From an uncultured bacterium (GTDB taxonomy: Bacteria; Latescibacterota; UBA2968), in assembly GCA_964471275.1 (NCBI GenBank), contig CAYYGZ010000017.1, forward strand, positions 1-32,884: a stretch of DNA of 32,884 nucleotides, written 5' to 3'. The stretch's first letter is position 1, and each line of letters starts with the position of its first letter. This document shows, in pieces, positions 27,911 through 32,884 of this stretch. Made by a program: the position numbers and the translations under genes. The notes under the pieces are model-generated. The model saw nothing but the letters and a program-made list of their open reading frames with translations, was not told where the DNA came from and did no database searches.

Positions 27911-28650
27911 ATGGGACCACCCAAGAAGAAGAAACCCCTGCGGACCTCGAAAGGTTGTCCCGAGATGCGCAATCCCGATCAGATCCTGAGGGATGCCGCA
28001 TCCGAGATCAACGGGGATCTGCCGGGCAATGGAAGAAGACTGGTTCTCGACAGCTATTTCCGATCGGGCGCCGAGCACCAGCAAATTGCTGAAGGACAAT
28101 GGGGTACTGCCGCAACATCTGCAGGATCGGAAGGACGCGGAAGGGGCGCGTGTTCTCGCAGAACAGGATCTTCAGGCACAGATTGAGCTGCTTTGTAACG
28201 TGGAGAGTCAGATCATCGAGCACTGCGCGGTGTTGAGGCAATTCTTCCACGCAGACCCGACGGTATGAGAGTTGATTCCGCAGGGAACGTCTGAGATGTC
28301 TCCTGAACCCACGGGGCAACCCTCTGCAGCGGAAGCTTTGGAAGCCTCCACGAGCGAGCGATTCGACTGAACCGCCGCCGCACGGACACATTGGCCAGGT
28401 ATCGTGACGCCCTGGGGGAGTCCAACCGGGCTACCGAAAGCTACAACCGACATTTTGCTGCCACAGAACGGCTCTTGCCTGTCTGCCCTGCGGAATCGGT
28501 CCTGAACGTAGAAAAGCGTCTGCGGGAAGCGGGCAACGACCTGCCTCAACCCGTGGCGTTCTCCGAAACAGATCTTGTGTCCCTTCGAGAAGAGATCCGG
28601 GCAAAGAAGGTAGTCACTCTGGAGCAGACTGATTACCATCTTTGCTCGGG
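27911..28650 (+). pseudogene. DUF1992-like (DNAJC28 conserved domain) gene, disrupted
   Basis: PDQILRDAASEINGDLPGNGRRLVLDSYF; shift near 28078; SKLLKDNGVLPQHLQDRKDAE; in-frame TGA at 28266; another shift; then LARYRDALGESNRATESYN. The 3' end is approximate. Confidence 0.6.
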
Positions 28651-28702
28651 GGAACCTAGACTCTGTCGATATCGTCAAAGTTCACGGGACACATCCCCTG
28701 TC

Positions 28703-28730
28703 TTGATTCAGACACGTTCCGTCGTATATT
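28703..28730 (+). promoter_or_regulatory. Possible sigma70 promoter for the RND-queC unit
   Basis: TTGATT, 16 bp, TATATT, about 40 bp before the ATG. Confidence 0.35.
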
Positions 28731-28772
28731 TCCGGAAGTTAGCAAACACTATCTTCCACCTTCAGGGCGCCC

Positions 28773-31700
28773 ATGAATATCTCTGAATCCGCCATCCGAA
28801 AGCCGATCACCACGATCATGGTCGCCATCAGCGTCGTCGTGCTCGGCTGGATCTCGCTATTCAGACTGCCGCTCGAATACCTGCCGGATGTGACATTCCC
28901 ATCTGTCAGCATAACGGTGAACTATCCCTCCTCATCACCCGAAGAGATCGAGCGCAAAATCAGCAGACCGATCGAGGAGGTCATGAGCACGCTGGCCGGT
29001 GTCAAGGGCCTAAGTTCCAGCTCATCTGGCAGCAGCGCATCCGTTCGGGTGGAATTCGACGTAGATGTCGACATGGATCTTGCCTCCGTGCACGTACGAG
29101 ACCGGATCGATCAGGTCCGGGGTCTCCTGCCGGATGACGTGGAGCGCATCCAGATTCGGCGCTTTAACCTCGAGGATTTGCCCATACTGGAGTATTCGGT
29201 CAGCTGGGCGGGCACTGACCCAGACGAACTGTCGAACGTCTACCAGCAAATCATCAGCCCGAGGCTCCAGCGTCTTGAGGGAGTGGGAAGCGTCGAGATC
29301 GAGGGGATGGCCGAGCGAGCACTCCTGGTACAGGTGGACCAGAACCAGCTGAATGCGCACGGGCTCGACATTCGCAGATTGAGCAATGCGATCCGAAACA
29401 ACAACCAGAACACCTCAGCGGGATATGTGCGGGATGCCGGTCGCAAGATTGCGGTGAGAGCGATCGGGGAATTCGAGAAGGTCGATGAGATTCGCCGACT
29501 TCCTCTGAACGACGACATCACGGTTCAGGACGTGGCCGACGTCACCTACGACTACCCTGAGAAGGAGTGGTTCGAACGACTGGATGGACGGGAATCGGTT
29601 ACGCTCGAGATTCAGAAGGCCTCGAAGGCGAACATGGTCACGACGGCGGCTCTTGTGAACGCTGAACTTGATGCGATCGTCGAGGAGGTCGGGGCCGAGA
29701 GGCTTAAGCTTCAACTGATCAGGGACCGCTCAACGGCTGTCACGGACGGGATCACAAATCTCTCCAAGTCGGCCATCATGGGGGGGCTCCTCGCCGTCGG
29801 GGTCATCTTCCTGTTCCTCCGGAATTTCAGGAGCACCGCGATCATCGGCGCGGCCATCCCGGTTTCGGTCCTCTGCGTCTTCGTGATTATGTATTTCTTC
29901 CGCCAGTTTGGTGGTTCCTCGATCACGCTGAACCTGATCTCAATGATGGGACTCATGGTGGCGATCGGCATGCTCGTTGATCCTGCCGTGGTCGCTCTGG
30001 AGAACATCTACCGGAAGCGCTACGATCAGGGAATCACAGCCCTCCAGGCTGCAGTCCAGGGAGCACGCGAGATCGGGCTCCCCGTGGTTGCCGCATCGCT
30101 CACCACAATCTGCGTTTTCGTTCCCATGATCTTTATCACGGATTCGCGAAGCTCCATGTTCATGCGCGACTTCGCGATAACCGTCGTGATCTCCGTCATC
30201 GCTTCGCTAATCGTTGCGCTGACGGTGATTCCCCTGGCGGCGTCACGTGCGTTTGGCGGAAACGACAGCAGTCGTTTGGAGACAGCCCTCAAGGTGTTTC
30301 TAGCAACGGGTGCCATCTCCGCTCTGACCTACGCCGCATACCTGAACGGCTTCGCTGAATCCGCCGAGTGGTTCACGCAGGGCGTGCTCTGGATCCTCGC
30401 AGGATTCATCGATCTTAAATGGACGGCCTGGACGGGTATTCTGGCGGTCGTCGCGATCCCTAGCCTGCTCATTCTCAAGTTCCGGAAAATTGGTGTTCGA
30501 TCTTTCTACCAACGCGTTATCGGCGCTACGCTTCGGTATCGATGGACGACCGTAGCGGTAGCCTGTACCGTCCTCGCCGGTGGATTCCACATCTACGGCA
30601 AGATCGAGAAGACACCCTACCGGTATCAACCCACGCGGCGCGTGACATTCTCGTTGGAGGTTCCCCGTAACTACGACACGGCAGACCTTCTCGACCTGTT
30701 CCTGAAGTGTGAGGAGATCCTCCTTCCTCTGAAGAAAGAACTGGACATCAAAGCGATCAGTTCCCGTAAGTCGCGGAGCTCACGATTCAGCAACTCTCGG
30801 AGTACACGGCTCACCCTCTACCTTGTCGACGCCGATGAAGGGCAGTGGACCACGGATGAAGTAAAGACGAAGGTGACTGCCCTGCTGCCGAAAGATATCG
30901 CAGGCGTCCGATTCAAGAGCGGCCGCAGCCGAGGTTCGAGTGGGACAGGTGTTGGAGTCGAACTCAAGGGCCGCAATCAAGAGATCCTAAACATGATCGC
31001 AGAGGACGTCGAGTCGAGCATGCAGGGCCTTTCGGGTGTCCACGATGTGGAATCGAGCCTGGAAAGCGGCACCGAGGAGATACGCGTATCGATCGACCGA
31101 AAGCGGGCACAGCGGCTGGGTCTTTCTCCTCGCATGATCGCCACGACTGTGGCTACTGCGCTCGGCACGCGAGGAAACAGCAAGTTCAAGACGGACGACA
31201 GAGAGATCGACATCACGGTCCAGCTCAAGAAAGAGGATCGAGCAACACTGGAACAGCTGATGAACGCGCAATTCGAGAGCGACCTGGGCGAGTTGGTATC
31301 TTTCTCCAGCCTCGCCGATTTCTCGTATGAAAAGGGTCCGAACACGATCAGACGAGACGATCGGATGTCGACGGTAACGATCTTCGCTAACACCGAAGCG
31401 TCGACACGATTTCGTGCGGGCATGCAGATGATGCGGCGGATGAACACCGTCCCCGTTCCTCGCGGCTACAGCTGGCAGATGGACCGCAGCTTTCGGTGGA
31501 TGCAGCAGGAACAGAACGAAGGTAACTTCACCATGCTTTTTGCGGCCCTACTCATCTACATCATCATGGCGTCTCTCTTCGAATCCTACGTTCACCCCTT
31601 TACGATCATGTTCACCATCGGATTTGCCTTCATCGGTGTGGCGGTCGGGCTCTACTCGTTCAACATCACAATGGACAGCAACGCATCCTATGGTCTGCTG

Positions 31701-32075
31701 ATTCTGTTTGGGATCGTCGTGAACAACGGGATTGTGTTTGTTGACCACATTAACCGGTACCGGCGCGAAGGCTTCCCACGCAGACAGGCAATAATCGAGG
31801 GTGGCAAGGATCGCTTACGTCCTATCCTGATGACGGCAACCACGACAATCCTGGGGCTGGCACCGCTTGTTCTGCCCATGATCTACGGTCAGACTGAAGG
31901 GAATGCTCGGAGGTGGGGTCCGATCGGCCTGGTGGTTGTGTGCGGGCTCTTCGCATCGACAATCCTCACCCTTATCCTCCTGCCGACGGTTTACAGCCTG
32001 ATGGATGACCTCAGCAGCTGGGCACGCCGAACCGTCGCAGCCGCACGCGTGTCCTCAGCACGAACCGTCTCCTGA
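28773..32075 (+). CDS. RND efflux permease (AcrB/AcrD/AcrF family)
   Basis: LPLEYLPDVTFP, IERKISRPIEE, GMLVDPAVVALENI, SLTTICVFVP, ASLFESYVHP, RLRPILMT; 1100 aa. Confidence 0.95.
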   Translation: MNISESAIRKPITTIMVAISVVVLGWISLFRLPLEYLPDVTFPSVSITVNYPSSSPEEIERKISRPIEEVMSTLAGVKGLSSSSSGSSASVRVEFDVDVDMDLASVHVRDRIDQVRGLLPDDVERIQIRRFNLEDLPILEYSVSWAGTDPDELSNVYQQIISPRLQRLEGVGSVEIEGMAERALLVQVDQNQLNAHGLDIRRLSNAIRNNNQNTSAGYVRDAGRKIAVRAIGEFEKVDEIRRLPLNDDITVQDVADVTYDYPEKEWFERLDGRESVTLEIQKASKANMVTTAALVNAELDAIVEEVGAERLKLQLIRDRSTAVTDGITNLSKSAIMGGLLAVGVIFLFLRNFRSTAIIGAAIPVSVLCVFVIMYFFRQFGGSSITLNLISMMGLMVAIGMLVDPAVVALENIYRKRYDQGITALQAAVQGAREIGLPVVAASLTTICVFVPMIFITDSRSSMFMRDFAITVVISVIASLIVALTVIPLAASRAFGGNDSSRLETALKVFLATGAISALTYAAYLNGFAESAEWFTQGVLWILAGFIDLKWTAWTGILAVVAIPSLLILKFRKIGVRSFYQRVIGATLRYRWTTVAVACTVLAGGFHIYGKIEKTPYRYQPTRRVTFSLEVPRNYDTADLLDLFLKCEEILLPLKKELDIKAISSRKSRSSRFSNSRSTRLTLYLVDADEGQWTTDEVKTKVTALLPKDIAGVRFKSGRSRGSSGTGVGVELKGRNQEILNMIAEDVESSMQGLSGVHDVESSLESGTEEIRVSIDRKRAQRLGLSPRMIATTVATALGTRGNSKFKTDDREIDITVQLKKEDRATLEQLMNAQFESDLGELVSFSSLADFSYEKGPNTIRRDDRMSTVTIFANTEASTRFRAGMQMMRRMNTVPVPRGYSWQMDRSFRWMQQEQNEGNFTMLFAALLIYIIMASLFESYVHPFTIMFTIGFAFIGVAVGLYSFNITMDSNASYGLLILFGIVVNNGIVFVDHINRYRREGFPRRQAIIEGGKDRLRPILMTATTTILGLAPLVLPMIYGQTEGNARRWGPIGLVVVCGLFASTILTLILLPTVYSLMDDLSSWARRTVAAARVSSARTVS

Positions 32076-32764
32076 TGGGCAAGGCCGTCGTCCTCTTGAG
32101 CGGAGGCTTGGATAGCTGTGTTACCGCAGCTGTTGCGGCCCAGAGCCACAACCTCGCCCTCCTCCACCTGCAGTATGGCCAGCGAACGCAGTCACGCGAG
32201 CGCAAGGCATATGAGGACATCGCCGACTATTTCGCGGTGTCCGCTGACAGGCGACTCGTCATCGACATCGATTTTCTCGCAAAGATCGGAGGTTCGGCCC
32301 TTACGGATGAGGCCATTCCCGTTCCCGATGCTGACCTGTGCACCTCAGATATCCCCGTCACATACGTCCCGTTCCGCAATGCGCATCTCCTAGCGATGGG
32401 TGTGTCGTGGGCAGAGACAATCGGTGCCGAGGCCGTGTATATCGGTGTGGTTCAGGACGACAGCTCCGGCTATCCCGACTGCACGCTGGCGTTCTGTAAC
32501 GCCTTCCGGGACACAGTGCGTGTCGGCACCCGCGATGGATCCATCCAGATCGAAACACCCATCATCGATCGCGACAAGGCCGGTATCGTAGAACTGGGCA
32601 GCAAGCTCGACGCGCCGCTCCATCTCACATGGTCCTGCTATTCGGACGAGGATTCAGCCTGTGGCGTCTGCGATAGTTGTGCCTTGAGACTACAGGCCTT
32701 CGAAGGAGCAGGCATCGTGGATCCGATTCCCTACGCTCAACAAGAAGAGGGGCGATCGTTGTAG
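32075..32764 (+). CDS. queC: 7-cyano-7-deazaguanine (preQ0) synthase
   Basis: VLLSGGLDS, YGQR, TYVPFRN, GYPDC, TWSCY...CGVCDSC zinc site; TGATG overlap with the RND gene. Confidence 0.96.
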   Translation: MGKAVVLLSGGLDSCVTAAVAAQSHNLALLHLQYGQRTQSRERKAYEDIADYFAVSADRRLVIDIDFLAKIGGSALTDEAIPVPDADLCTSDIPVTYVPFRNAHLLAMGVSWAETIGAEAVYIGVVQDDSSGYPDCTLAFCNAFRDTVRVGTRDGSIQIETPIIDRDKAGIVELGSKLDAPLHLTWSCYSDEDSACGVCDSCALRLQAFEGAGIVDPIPYAQQEEGRSL

Positions 32765-32884
32765 CCCCCCCTCTTCTTGTTTGCTGCCGCGCGGGTCAGT
32801 TTAGTGACACGTCGCCGCCTTCTTCAGAATTGAGCCCATCTTGCTCGTCAATTCCTCTTCGGAGCAATTGTAGCCAGGTAAGAG

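Noticed and set aside
32075..32764. queC as part of a Dpd DNA-modification or QatABCD defence system
   Set aside because: It has canonical length and motifs, and no dpdA/tgt, TatD or ATPase partners are visible; the window edge limits the view.
32797..32884. 3' end of a minus-strand gene at the window edge
   Set aside because: Two frames are open for under 30 codons, and I cannot choose between them or assign a product.
1..32884. CRISPR arrays, tRNA/rRNA genes, riboswitches and IS elements
   Set aside because: No spaced direct repeats, recognisable structured RNA or transposase motifs were found by eye; a covariance-model scan would be needed to exclude ncRNAs.

Overview
A ~33 kb GC-rich bacterial scaffold window with two 10-N gaps (18436-18445, 24174-24183). 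It contains no rRNA, tRNA, CRISPR array or transposase that I can support. Minus-strand block (2825-17435): a double-length UvrA, an orphan M.NlaIII-like adenine methyltransferase, a DOMON/CBM9-like protein with no signal peptide, two paralogous ABC exporters with N-terminal Cys4 knuckles, a DUF1854 protein and SppA. Sugar/sugar-acid catabolic genes: four Gfo/Idh/MocA oxidoreductases, two enolase-superfamily enzymes and a TIM-barrel isomerase. Right part: an extended CysE-like acetyltransferase, an alpha/beta hydrolase, an OGG1-type glycosylase with an extra N-terminal Cys4 motif, and an RND permease overlapping queC. Reading the apparent intergenic gaps by hand shows five broken genes that the ORF track hides (TonB-like, receiver-domain, four-helix-bundle, ankyrin, DUF1992-like) and two sigma70-type promoters whose -35 boxes sit inside perfect inverted repeats. 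The best candidates for an undescribed system are the uvrA(x2)-methylase-DOMON operon, the Cys4-ABC pair/DUF1854/SppA module and the Cys4-OGG. All family calls come from motif recognition, not from database searches.
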